Source: a virus
Taxonomy: Duplodnaviria > Caudoviricetes
Reading direction: 5' to 3' (one strand)
Length of the DNA: 64,000 nt
Virus record (IMG/VR): IMGVR_UViG_2890906962_000004
Span: 28,175-92,174 of that record
The notes under the pieces: generated by a model
Told to the model about the DNA's origin: nothing
Databases searched by the model: none
What the model saw: only the letters and a program-made list of their open reading frames with translations
In this document: piece after piece, positions 18,232 to 28,400 of the stretch
How positions within the stretch are numbered: position 1 is the first letter of the stretch
Layout of the letters: every line of letters starts with the position of its first letter
Translations under genes and position numbers: made by a program

Positions 18232-18361
18232 CTTGGCCCTATACGGCTATCAGCCTGTTAGTGATGTTGAGAGCCTAGCCAGTTGGCGCGCCCTCGATAT
18301 GAACAAAGCATTGGAAGAAAAATATAAAAATGCCGCCAAGCAGGGCAAGGGGGGAACTTGA
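18086..18361 (+). CDS. small overlapping ORF before the tape measure gene (possible frameshift extension of pmgB)
   Basis: +1 frame relative to pmgB; C-terminal NNLALYGYQPVSDVESL..WRAL looks protein-like; stop overlaps the sit start. Confidence 0.5.
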   Translation: MYFSTYHNNPARKPKRGSRSYSQHCAPHFAIQNLSHGLDRNGWITIINNLALYGYQPVSDVESLASWRALDMNKALEEKYKNAAKQGKGGT

Positions 18362-21300
18362 AACAAGAAAAGACTCAGCTAGGGATAATTTTAGCGATTG
18401 AGGAAGCCAGTACGGAGCAGCTCAAGGCGTTATCCCGTATTGAAAATGCACTCTCAACAAACGGCCCCGTCACCACGCAAACAACCGTAGCGCCTACGCC
18501 TAGCGCCTCAATGCAAGGTGTAACGGTTAAAGCTAAGCGTAGGACTCGCGGTGCGCAATCAAGCGTACCAGTGAGTGATAATGCTCAGAATGATGACCTA
18601 GCCAAAAAGATTGCTGAGCAAATCGCTAAGGTGAACACACCGTTTGATAAGCATCGGGCACAGCGCAAAGAGCAGGAACGCGATAGCAAGGGACGTTTTA
18701 TCTCTGCCGAAGCCCTGCGTAATTTGAGTGAATCGAAGCTATACAATACCACGGTTGCCAGTAATGAGCGGGTTAATGCCGCTGAGACGGACAGCGGTGT
18801 AGCCCGTCAAAATGCGGTAAGTGCTGGCGTAGCTGACTTGCCTCTGATGAAAAACATTAGAAGCCTTAGTGAGACTATTGCTGAACAGACCTCGGAAGTC
18901 GTTCGGATCGATAAGAACGGGCGCAAGCGTGACAGTAACGGCCGTTTTCTCTCGAAGGAAAAAGCCGATGAATTGAAAGCAAAAAACGGCGATAAAACCA
19001 AAAGTGCAGACGGTAAATTACAAGACGGTTTCCTAAAGCGATTAGGCTCCGCGCTGACTGAGCATGGCAATAGAAACGTGCAAAATGACGGCGCTGATAT
19101 TGTTGGTACCGCAGCTGGTGGCGCACTTTGGCAAATGGGGCGCGGTGCGTGGGATATTGCGAGCACCGCGAAAGATAACGCGGTTTCCGTCAATGATTGG
19201 CGTAAAAAGCACTTTTCCCGTGGTCCTGAAAGCAAGTCAACTGACACAGCCGGTCATGCTGAGGTAAATAACCATCCAACATCGGGCAATCTGGCATTAA
19301 AACCTGCCGTTATTTATCCGCCTGTCACCGCTAAGCCTGTAACGCCCTCAAACGCTCCTGACGCCTCCAAAGAAATATTTGAGGATAACGCCAAGAAAGA
19401 GCAAGTTAAGGCCACAGAGAAGCAAACAGCCACGCTCAGCGCCAAAGATGACGCAATTATTAAAAACCAAGAGGAAGAACTAGAACTCTTAAAGAAGATT
19501 GCGCACAACGGCTCTGCTAACGATCCCCTGGGGAATGGCCTGTTTAAAAAACTATTCGGTAAATTCGGTCGCCGTGATGGGGCTGGCCGTAGCCGGAGTC
19601 AATCGCGCCGGAATAAGAAATCGGGCAGATTAGAGCGGCTAAAGGACAAGTTTAGGCGTAAAAACCCTAGCACTGAGCCGAATGTAGACGAAAAGGCGAA
19701 AAAGTCTGGTAAGCCTAGTAAGACCAAACCCACCACAACAGCCAACGATAAATCAAAGCCTGAAACGACTGATAAAGCGAAGACGTCCACGGCCGACATC
19801 GACAAAGCCAAGCCAAAAGTGAGCACGGCCAGTAATACAACACCTGAAAAAGCCACTAAACCAACGTTGAAAGACGGGGGGAAAATTACCGTTCAGTCAG
19901 AAAAATCGGTAATGGCTGCAGGGGGCGTCAGTTTTGGCGAAGCCGCTAATGATGCCGTAAGTGCCTCTGAAAAAGTTGGCGGTAAAACGTTAGCAAAAGA
20001 AGCCTTTAAAACAGGCGGTAAAGTTGCGCTGAAAACCGGACTTAAAACCATTCCGATCATTGGTACCGCAGCTGGTGTCGCATGGGATGCGGCAGACGGT
20101 TACAACGACACCGAAGGGCAGAAAAAAGCCTTTGATCTAAAAGACGGCCAAGAGGCTACAAAGCGCGAAAAAACTGAAATGTCAGCCGCGAATGTAGCCG
20201 GATTAGGGGGATTGGTACCGCTTGCCTCGCAAGGTGCATCATGGCTGGCTAACAAAGCCGGATTCACGGATAAGACTGACGCACTAGACATTGATACATC
20301 TGATCTCGCTAAGGGGATCCATAAAGGCGTGGGTGCGGTGGGTGCTGCGGCAACTGGTGCGTATTCCCTGGCTAAAGGATTGTTTAGTACCAGCAGTGAT
20401 GACAAGGCCGCGCAAGCCGCACAAATGCAGCAAGTTACTGATATTACCAATGCTGTTAAATCGGGATCTGCCGATACGGTTAACGCTATTGACCGACTCA
20501 CTAAACAGTTAGAAGGGGGAAAATTCGGTGAAGATGGCGTTGGTTCCGTAGGGACCAAAACAGCCGATTACCAAGCACCGGCAACAAGTACCATTGTTTC
20601 TGGCCCTAACGGCTTAAATATTGGCGGTATACACGCGGCGAACCGTAACTTTAGAAACAATAATTTCGGTAACTTGAATTTTGTTGGTCAAGAAGGCGCG
20701 GTACTGGAAGACACACCAGGGAAAGGACAAGCGCGCTTTGCCCGTTTTGCGACACCGGAAGACGGCTTTAGGGCACTGGCTAACCAAGTCTCAAGCTATG
20801 CAAACGGCACAAGTAAAGCTGCAGGCTACCAACAGCTTAATACCGTTCAGGACATTATCAGTAAGTGGGCTCCACCTAACGAGAACGACACCGGAAAATA
20901 TATCCAGACCATATCGGCAAGTCTCGGCGTTAAGCCTACCGATAAAATCAACACTGCCGATCCGCAAGTGATGACGAAACTTATCCGGGCTATCTCGACC
21001 TATGAGGGCGGAAATCCAACGGTAAGTGATGGGTATATTCAAAACAGTATCGGCTCTGAGGACGCGACTACGCATAAATGGGGTGGCGGTAGCTACAGCA
21101 AAGAAAGCCAGGAGTACATGGCTAAGCATGGCATTAGCGCTGCCAAAGGAATGCAGCCGGTAGCTAACGCAACCGCGACCAGTGCCGCTAAAACCGCTGA
21201 AACCATCAAGGCCGCAAGCCTTCCTGATGCTGAAAACCCAGCAACCGTTACGGCCACGCCTAGCACCACTGATGAAAGCAGCCTATCCAGTAAGTTGCCA

Positions 21301-22248
21301 CGTATCGCTGAGGTTATGTCCGATATTGGCAACACTAACTGGCTCGATAAGGGGGCTGAGGGTTCCGCGAAAGCCGATCATTACCTCACAGAAAAGCTTG
21401 AGAAGGTATCAGGTCAGCATGTTGGTTTTCGCCGTGCAACGTCTGATCTAACGCTTCCGAAAAATTCCGGCCCGGTGCCGGAGTCGATTAAAGCCGCCAT
21501 GGCATCGCCAGACCAGATAGCGAAGGCGCAAGCACCTGACTTGTCAGTGCGCGACTACGGACAGCCAAGCAGTAACGCTGTTACACCAGTCTCACAAGCC
21601 GATGATGGCGTGATCCCTGCAAGTATGGTCAATCGTGCTTTCCCTGTATCACCGGCACAGCAAGGAAAAGGTTTAGGCGGCGCGCTGAGTCAACAGGCTA
21701 CACCTGAGAAGGGCGGCGAAGGGTTCTTTGGTTCTATCGGGAGTTTCTTTTCTGGCGTAGGCCATTCAGCCATGAAGGCGGTACCACAGGCGTTAAGCAC
21801 CGTGGGCGATATTGCTATGCCGGCCGCTCAAGGGTTACTCGGAAACATCGTGGGGGATCTAGGTGGACAAGTAACTAATTCCATCGGTTCGCCAATTATT
21901 AAATCCCTCGCAAGCCCATTTATTAACAAAGGAGTAAGCGCCGCTAATAGTTTTATTCAATCCCCTCAACAAGCCGTTTCATCGTTCAGTATGCCGCAAG
22001 TCTTACCCACCGTGACTGACCTTGCCAAAAGTGGCGCAAGCAATGCCATGCAGCAAATCACCGCGCAGATGCCGCCGGACATAGCCAAAGCTCTGCAACA
22101 GCTAGTGGATCTGACTAAGCAATCACTGGACGCTCAGAAAAACAAAGGCGACATGAAACCAGACGTTGTAACGCACGGCGGCCAAAAAGCGCCTAAGCAT
22201 GACGACAAATTTAGTGACAGTGCGCTCGATGCGCTATTGGAGGACTAA
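18358..22248 (+). CDS. sit: tape measure / structural injection transglycosylase (Sit-like)
   Basis: 1296 aa; lysozyme-like domain RNNNFGNL...RFATPEDGFRAL...IISKWAPPNENDT; synteny. Confidence 0.82.
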   Translation: MKQEKTQLGIILAIEEASTEQLKALSRIENALSTNGPVTTQTTVAPTPSASMQGVTVKAKRRTRGAQSSVPVSDNAQNDDLAKKIAEQIAKVNTPFDKHRAQRKEQERDSKGRFISAEALRNLSESKLYNTTVASNERVNAAETDSGVARQNAVSAGVADLPLMKNIRSLSETIAEQTSEVVRIDKNGRKRDSNGRFLSKEKADELKAKNGDKTKSADGKLQDGFLKRLGSALTEHGNRNVQNDGADIVGTAAGGALWQMGRGAWDIASTAKDNAVSVNDWRKKHFSRGPESKSTDTAGHAEVNNHPTSGNLALKPAVIYPPVTAKPVTPSNAPDASKEIFEDNAKKEQVKATEKQTATLSAKDDAIIKNQEEELELLKKIAHNGSANDPLGNGLFKKLFGKFGRRDGAGRSRSQSRRNKKSGRLERLKDKFRRKNPSTEPNVDEKAKKSGKPSKTKPTTTANDKSKPETTDKAKTSTADIDKAKPKVSTASNTTPEKATKPTLKDGGKITVQSEKSVMAAGGVSFGEAANDAVSASEKVGGKTLAKEAFKTGGKVALKTGLKTIPIIGTAAGVAWDAADGYNDTEGQKKAFDLKDGQEATKREKTEMSAANVAGLGGLVPLASQGASWLANKAGFTDKTDALDIDTSDLAKGIHKGVGAVGAAATGAYSLAKGLFSTSSDDKAAQAAQMQQVTDITNAVKSGSADTVNAIDRLTKQLEGGKFGEDGVGSVGTKTADYQAPATSTIVSGPNGLNIGGIHAANRNFRNNNFGNLNFVGQEGAVLEDTPGKGQARFARFATPEDGFRALANQVSSYANGTSKAAGYQQLNTVQDIISKWAPPNENDTGKYIQTISASLGVKPTDKINTADPQVMTKLIRAISTYEGGNPTVSDGYIQNSIGSEDATTHKWGGGSYSKESQEYMAKHGISAAKGMQPVANATATSAAKTAETIKAASLPDAENPATVTATPSTTDESSLSSKLPRIAEVMSDIGNTNWLDKGAEGSAKADHYLTEKLEKVSGQHVGFRRATSDLTLPKNSGPVPESIKAAMASPDQIAKAQAPDLSVRDYGQPSSNAVTPVSQADDGVIPASMVNRAFPVSPAQQGKGLGGALSQQATPEKGGEGFFGSIGSFFSGVGHSAMKAVPQALSTVGDIAMPAAQGLLGNIVGDLGGQVTNSIGSPIIKSLASPFINKGVSAANSFIQSPQQAVSSFSMPQVLPTVTDLAKSGASNAMQQITAQMPPDIAKALQQLVDLTKQSLDAQKNKGDMKPDVVTHGGQKAPKHDDKFSDSALDALLED

Positions 22249-22251
22249 TCA

Positions 22252-22608
22252 TTGATTAACGAAATCGACCCGTTCGCGCGCGCTGACGCTAACGGGATTA
22301 TTCAACTAGAAGGGGGCGCGGCCTGGATGGCGCGCCTAGAGGAATGGCTTCACACACCGATTGGCTCTGTTTTTGGTGCGCCGGCGTGGGGCAGTCCTTT
22401 GGATGAATTCAGGCACGAGCCGACAGGCAGCGTAGAGAACCACGTGTTAGAGGTGGCGATCGAGAGCCGCGTAGCCAAAAAGCTTAATGAAGATATGCCG
22501 GGCTTTGCCTTACAGGCGATTCGTTGCGAATCACTCAGCATCGACCTACTAAAAATCTCTTTTGTGTCAGCCGGTGGACGGTATGACGCGCAATTATCAC
22601 TTACTTAG
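22252..22608 (+). CDS. pmgA: gp25-like baseplate wedge protein (PmgA)
   Basis: 118 aa; WLHTPIGSVFGAPAWGS motif. Confidence 0.8.
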   Translation: MINEIDPFARADANGIIQLEGGAAWMARLEEWLHTPIGSVFGAPAWGSPLDEFRHEPTGSVENHVLEVAIESRVAKKLNEDMPGFALQAIRCESLSIDLLKISFVSAGGRYDAQLSLT

Positions 22609-22616
22609 GTTTAACG

Positions 22617-24050
22617 ATGGATATTCAGACACTAACCGACAAGTTTAACAACACGATCAAGGGTAACTCCTGGTGGGCGAAGTTTGCTAATAGCCAATTC
22701 ATTCAGATGATGGGGATTTTCGCCGGGCAGATTATCTATATTGCGCAAAATTACGCCTCACGTGCACTGACTGAGGGCTTTATCTCTACTGCGACCAAGC
22801 GTACAAGTATTTTGGCCGCGGCTGAGGATAGGGGGTACGTGGGCCGCTTCATTATCCCATCCACGGGTACCATTCAAGTTACCAATAAATCCACGAGCAC
22901 GATTACCGCGCCGGCAGGAATGGAAATGCTGACTAACGACCAGACGGTGATCACGCTACTTGAAACCCGACAAATTAAGCCAGGGGAAACCGCTACCGGG
23001 CTGCAGGTGTCGCAAATTGAGAAAGTGAGCGTTGATTATCCGGTAGCCGCGCAAACGCCATTCTTAACCGTGCTACTTGATACGGACCTGACACAAGAGG
23101 TAGCAGACCTCTCTGTTTCGGTTATCTCAGACGGCGGCGAAGTAGAGTGGAAGCTTAACCCGTTATTCCGCATGTCGCGCGAAACAAGCGAACATTACGT
23201 GATGGTGTACCGTCCTACGGAGCAATTAGGGGTGCGCTTTGGTAATGGGCAAATGGGGAAAATGCCACCAGCCGGCAGCACCGTGCGCATGACGGTGAGC
23301 GCGAGTCGCGGTGATTACACGTTAGCGATTAACCAACCGTTAACCCCTGCAGGGGATTACGCGACACTTGCGAGTGTTCTTGATATTAAAAACGACTCCG
23401 CTATTCGTTCCGGTGCCGGCCATGAAACCACAGAAGAAACGCGTAACCGTGCGCAATACTACGTACCGTATGACGGGCAAGTAGTGTGGGGCGGCGATTA
23501 TCGTTATTACATCCAAAACAAGGTGCCTAATCTAGCCTGGTTAAACGTGTGGGGTGAACAGCAACAGGAGCAAGCTACGGGTGTACAGGACGTATCGAAC
23601 ATCAACAAGATTTTCTTTTGCGGTCATCGTCCGGGCTACTCACAGGCAGAAGTGCAAGCGATGATTTATGACGCTATCGGCACGATCCCCAACGAGATGA
23701 ACAAGCGGTACCAATACGTACCGGTAAACGAAAAGCCGTTTGCTATCAACGTGACGGGCATTGCGAAAAAGAACGTGATCCTGAATGAAGCCATCAACGA
23801 AATCAAAGACACCTTAGAGAAAAACTTTGGACATGACTCGTCAAAGTTCGGCGAATTATTTGAGAATGATTCCTCGTCTAACCGGATTTACGCCCAGGTG
23901 AAAGTTAAAGACCTTTGGAACGCCATCGAGAAGCTAGGGATTATGATCAGCTATGACATTCAACTGAATGGCTTCACTCAAGCGGTCAACCTTAATGACT
24001 TTGTTTACCTCGACTTAACCAAGTCCACTTTCACGCTCAACTACCCATAA
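22617..24050 (+). CDS. bplA: baseplate J/gp6-like protein (BplA)
   Basis: 477 aa; FISTATKRTSI..A...GY, VRFGNG..GKMP motifs. Confidence 0.85.
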   Translation: MDIQTLTDKFNNTIKGNSWWAKFANSQFIQMMGIFAGQIIYIAQNYASRALTEGFISTATKRTSILAAAEDRGYVGRFIIPSTGTIQVTNKSTSTITAPAGMEMLTNDQTVITLLETRQIKPGETATGLQVSQIEKVSVDYPVAAQTPFLTVLLDTDLTQEVADLSVSVISDGGEVEWKLNPLFRMSRETSEHYVMVYRPTEQLGVRFGNGQMGKMPPAGSTVRMTVSASRGDYTLAINQPLTPAGDYATLASVLDIKNDSAIRSGAGHETTEETRNRAQYYVPYDGQVVWGGDYRYYIQNKVPNLAWLNVWGEQQQEQATGVQDVSNINKIFFCGHRPGYSQAEVQAMIYDAIGTIPNEMNKRYQYVPVNEKPFAINVTGIAKKNVILNEAINEIKDTLEKNFGHDSSKFGELFENDSSSNRIYAQVKVKDLWNAIEKLGIMISYDIQLNGFTQAVNLNDFVYLDLTKSTFTLNYP

Positions 24051-24060
24051 GAGGCGCGCC

Positions 24061-24909
24061 ATGATTAAAGATTGGTTTAAAAACAGGCTTGTCCCGGATA
24101 AGCAAAATACTGAGCTATGGTCCTCATTCGCTGAGGCCATCCAGACACTTTATGAGGGTGAAATAGAGCCGATTATTAAGCGTATTTCTGATAGGCGCTC
24201 GTTCTTCTCAATGGACCCGGAAGACCTTGATACCCGTACCGCCGAGTACGGGCGATTCTTTGTAATGGGGGAGGTGGATCAGTCTCAAAAAGCGATGCTC
24301 TTAACGCAGCGTTTAGATGAAATCCATTTTAAGGGGACGACCCGACCGATTGAGCAAACATTCTGGCGTGAATTCGGTAATTTACCCGTGTCTTGGCAAC
24401 CGCTTTATGCGCCAGTAAACACCGATAAATACCCGTATGGCACGTACCTGATCACTGAGGACGCAATCTCAGTCGCTAAAACGACCTATGGTGAATTCTT
24501 CCTGACTTCACGAGGCAATATTCAGGTCGATTTAAACGCGCTGTATGAGTATTACGGCATTGGCGATCGGGACAACATCATCAAGACGTTGCTTGAAAAG
24601 TTTGACCTGATAATTGCGCCGCTTATGCCGTTGCACATGGTATTTGATGGGATCTCGTTGCTATTAGCCTTCAAATTGGCCGATAAAGCCGAACGATTCA
24701 CACTGTTTGAGCAGGTAGTCAGTATTGCAGGGATGAAATGGAGCGCGAAAGCTGACAACCTCACGACCGTTGGTTTAACTGCAGGGACGTATCTCAATGC
24801 TTACCGTTCGGATAACAGCATGACTCAGGTAGCATTAAGCATGGATCAATACCCTCTTGATGCCTGGCTACTCGATGCGCCGCCGGTGAATGCTTTGGTC
24901 CAACCGTAA
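24061..24909 (+). CDS. baseplate protein (P1 gp16-like)
   Basis: Synteny; RLDEIHFKGT motif. Confidence 0.75.
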   Translation: MIKDWFKNRLVPDKQNTELWSSFAEAIQTLYEGEIEPIIKRISDRRSFFSMDPEDLDTRTAEYGRFFVMGEVDQSQKAMLLTQRLDEIHFKGTTRPIEQTFWREFGNLPVSWQPLYAPVNTDKYPYGTYLITEDAISVAKTTYGEFFLTSRGNIQVDLNALYEYYGIGDRDNIIKTLLEKFDLIIAPLMPLHMVFDGISLLLAFKLADKAERFTLFEQVVSIAGMKWSAKADNLTTVGLTAGTYLNAYRSDNSMTQVALSMDQYPLDAWLLDAPPVNALVQP

Positions 24910-24915
24910 TACGCC

Positions 24916-24938
24916 GCAAATCTCTAACTCCATACCCT
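24916..24938 (+). promoter_or_regulatory. putative late promoter of the tail fibre operon
   Basis: GCAAATCTCTAACT-N3-TACCCT. Confidence 0.78.
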
Positions 24939-24969
24939 CGCTAACTTACATTATCGAGGGTATTTTTTT

Positions 24970-25422
24970 ATGTCTGATGTTATTAGCGTCCCGGCCAGTG
25001 CGCAGGGTACCGTCTATAAAGCTCAATTACTTGATTACTACTACACTCGCCGAGCAGCTTCCGCTATCGGTCAAGGCTCGCGCTTTCAGATGGTTAAAGC
25101 ATGGTGGGGAACCTCAAGCCTCGTCACCGCTAACCCGGCTGGTGGCTTCAAAATCGCCGATATTCCTACGAATTTCACCAATAACCAACTTCTGAACAAG
25201 TTCGCTGAAAGTCAGCTCGTTTGTACGCTAGTTGGATCCACAATCAACATTTCTACCGTGGTACCGCAAGGCTCTCTGAAAGACGGTCAGGTGAGTAACT
25301 TTAATACGTTATGCCTTGTTGATGACCAGAATAATGTTTTTGCCGTCCTATGCGCGCAACAGGACACCATTTTTAAAGGCAAAGACTACTCAATGTTCGT
25401 GTCGATTGAGCAGAGGGCATAA
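24970..25422 (+). CDS. tail fibre attachment protein (P1 gpR-like)
   Basis: [14 protein letters not shown] motif; precedes the fibre gene. Confidence 0.78.
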   Translation: MSDVISVPASAQGTVYKAQLLDYYYTRRAASAIGQGSRFQMVKAWWGTSSLVTANPAGGFKIADIPTNFTNNQLLNKFAESQLVCTLVGSTINISTVVPQGSLKDGQVSNFNTLCLVDDQNNVFAVLCAQQDTIFKGKDYSMFVSIEQRA

Positions 25423-25424
25423 GC

Positions 25425-28400
25425 ATGGCGACAGTTGGATTTTCTCAGGACAACTCATTGCCATTGATGGCTGATATTCAATACATGGAGCCTTACGCTT
25501 CCAGTGCATTGAACCGTAAATTTAAAAACATTCTTTTAGCCGGATTCTATAGCGGTTATATCCCGTTGCCGGGCAGTGGCCTAAACGTCCTCATTACCTC
25601 GGCGCAATCAGCCGGTGGGTTAGGGACAGGCGTTGCCTCAATCGACACTAACGGCTTTCAAATCTCAGTACAGCAAAATGCTGACATTACGGTGCCTCTT
25701 GCGGCCGGTAAGTCCTACATTATTGCGCTGCAAGCCGATTACCAGTTTGGTACCGTCACAAATCAGGTCGATGCTAACTCTACCGTTCAAGCTTCGCAGC
25801 TTGTGACGCTCGACATTAACGCTAAGTTACAGTCTAACCAGATTGAGTTATGCCGCGTTGTCATTCCGGCAGGAGCTAAGCAAATCACCAAAGCGATGAT
25901 CAGTACGCTTTACCGCGTTGACCGCTTAATCGGTATTACTCTCAGTGACCGTATCGACCTTGCCGACAGTAATACCGGCGCAAGCTCTCAGGCAGTTAAG
26001 ACCGCCTATGAAACGGCCGTGAAATACGCTGATGACAATAAAGCCGCAATCGGCGTTAACAGCGATATTACGGACCTTAACGCAATTAAATCCCTGGGTA
26101 AAAATGCCCTTGCGATTGGTGGCTATGTTTCGATTAATAACGGAATGGCCGTCACTGCAGAGTCACGCTTTTCTAGCGGTGCTTTCGCCGATCCGTTTTA
26201 TGGGCGTACCTTTGCCGTTAAGGTCAATGGTGGGATGGCCGTTAACGGTGACTCATTTTTCAATAATGCGCTGACAGTCAAAGGAAGCGTAAGCATCACA
26301 AACGGCGCGTCTATAGTTGGCGACCTAACCGTTGACGATGTAACCATTACAGGAACCGTTGTCGGTGCAATGCCTTCACGCGCCCTACCAACGAACTATG
26401 CTGATCCGGTATGGCATAAAATTGCCAACATCCCCAACGCTGGCGCAGGTGCTAACTGGTTAACGTTAATGTTAACTTCCGGCAACTATGGCGGCTCTCA
26501 GATGGGCCATGACGTGCTTAGTTTCACTGGACGTAATATGCCAGTGAAAGATACGCCATGGACTAATGACGTAGCTCAGAAATACGTTAATCACGTACAA
26601 CTGATGGTAGCCTCAGCGAACGGCGCGCAAATCGGCGTTGTGGCGAATATTTCTGGCGGTGTGTATCAGTCTTTCGACTTCTACATTAAAGCGCCTCAAT
26701 GGTTTAATGGCGCAACAGTCAGTATTACGGGCGGTACGGGTTATAACTACTACGGTAACAACCTTACATCGGTTAAGGCTGAGCCAACAGGCATCCAGTA
26801 CATTACGCCAGTAACCGTACTGACTACGCTCTCGCCGAAATATGACCTTTCGCAAGCGGATATGAACCTTAACTCGTTGAACCTCAACAATCCGTTAAGC
26901 GTTCAAAGTGGTGGTACAGGTGCGCGAAATGCAACGGATGCGCGCAATAACCTGGGACTTGGCTCTGCGGCAGTCTGCAACATCGGGACCAGCGGCCGAA
27001 ACGTTCCTTTGTTGAATTCATCAAACACTTGGGACACGCCTCAGACCTTTAATGACGGCATGAAGGTTAATGATGAAATCACATCAAGCTCGGCTAACGC
27101 CTTCCGTCTTGTTTCCAGCGGTAACGGCGCAATTTTACGTAAAGACAACGGTTCCTTTTTCTTCCTAGTTGCAACTGATAACAACGGCTTAGGTTCTTGG
27201 AACGCATTACGACCATTGCAGATCAGCATGAGCACAGGCTTGCTACAGAGTTCAAACGGGCAAGTCTTTGGCGGTAACACAACCATCAATGACACGTTAA
27301 CGCTTAAAAATTCCCTGGCTATGAGTAGCGGCGGTACCGGCGCAAACAACCTCGCCGATGCGCGCTCAAACTTGCAACTCGACCGCCTCAGACAAGGCGA
27401 CACTGAAACGCAGTTAATGAGTGCGAAAGGTACTAACTATCTCTATGTAAGCGAAACTTCATGGGGATGTTACACCGCCGGAAATGGCTATTTAGCACTT
27501 GCTGTAGGGCAAGGTGGTACCGGCGCAACTGACGCTGCGGGCGCGCGTAATAATCTTGGTCTAGGTTCTGCAGCTGTAATGACCTCTACTACAGCAAATT
27601 ATGATGGGCTATCAGGCAAAACGACAGAGGTTGCGAATACAACACAGCTTGTTCAGCTACGTGAGGCCGCTGCTCTGAAAGGGAAAGAAAACACCTTTAC
27701 GCAGCTGCAGCACGTCCCTGGTTTGGACATTACGACCGCCCCTGGCGGCTCTAATGGCATATTTGGCGGCTCTGGCGATGGTGCGAGCTACGACAAATAT
27801 AACCTGCAAATTTCATCCTGGTACGGCATTGGCCTCTATGATACTGCTGGAAAGAAAACAAATATTGTTTTCAACGTCCGTACCGGTGGTATGAACATGA
27901 CCGGTAATATTAATGCTAATGCGCTAAGTACCGATAACGACATTAATTCCAGTGGTTATGTAATTACCAATAAAGAGTTTATTTCTAAAGGTCAAAATGG
28001 GCTACGCATTGCTAATGGTGGTAATGGTGTCCTTTTACGCAAAGACGGCGGTACGTTTTATATCCTATCCGTTGCAGATGATACGAACACTACGACCTGG
28101 AATACCTTACGTCCATTCTCTATTGATGTAGCGAGTGGCCGCGTGACCATGGCAAACGGGCAGATCCTTGCTGGTGGGCAGACGTTATCGGGTAACACAA
28201 CGATCAACGACACACTGACACTGGCTAACGCCTTATCTATCTCCAACGGTGGTACCGGCGCAAAAGATGCAGCCGGCGCGCGTAATAACCTTGGGCTTGG
28301 TTCAGCCGCGTTAATGACAACCACAAGTGCAAGCTATGATGGCATGTCAGGACTAGCCACGGAGGCTGCAAGCACCGCTCACCTGGTACAGCTTAGAAAC

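Noticed and set aside
24890-25195. 101-aa overlapping ORF
   Set aside because: Spans the late promoter and is out of frame with the clear gpR-like gene
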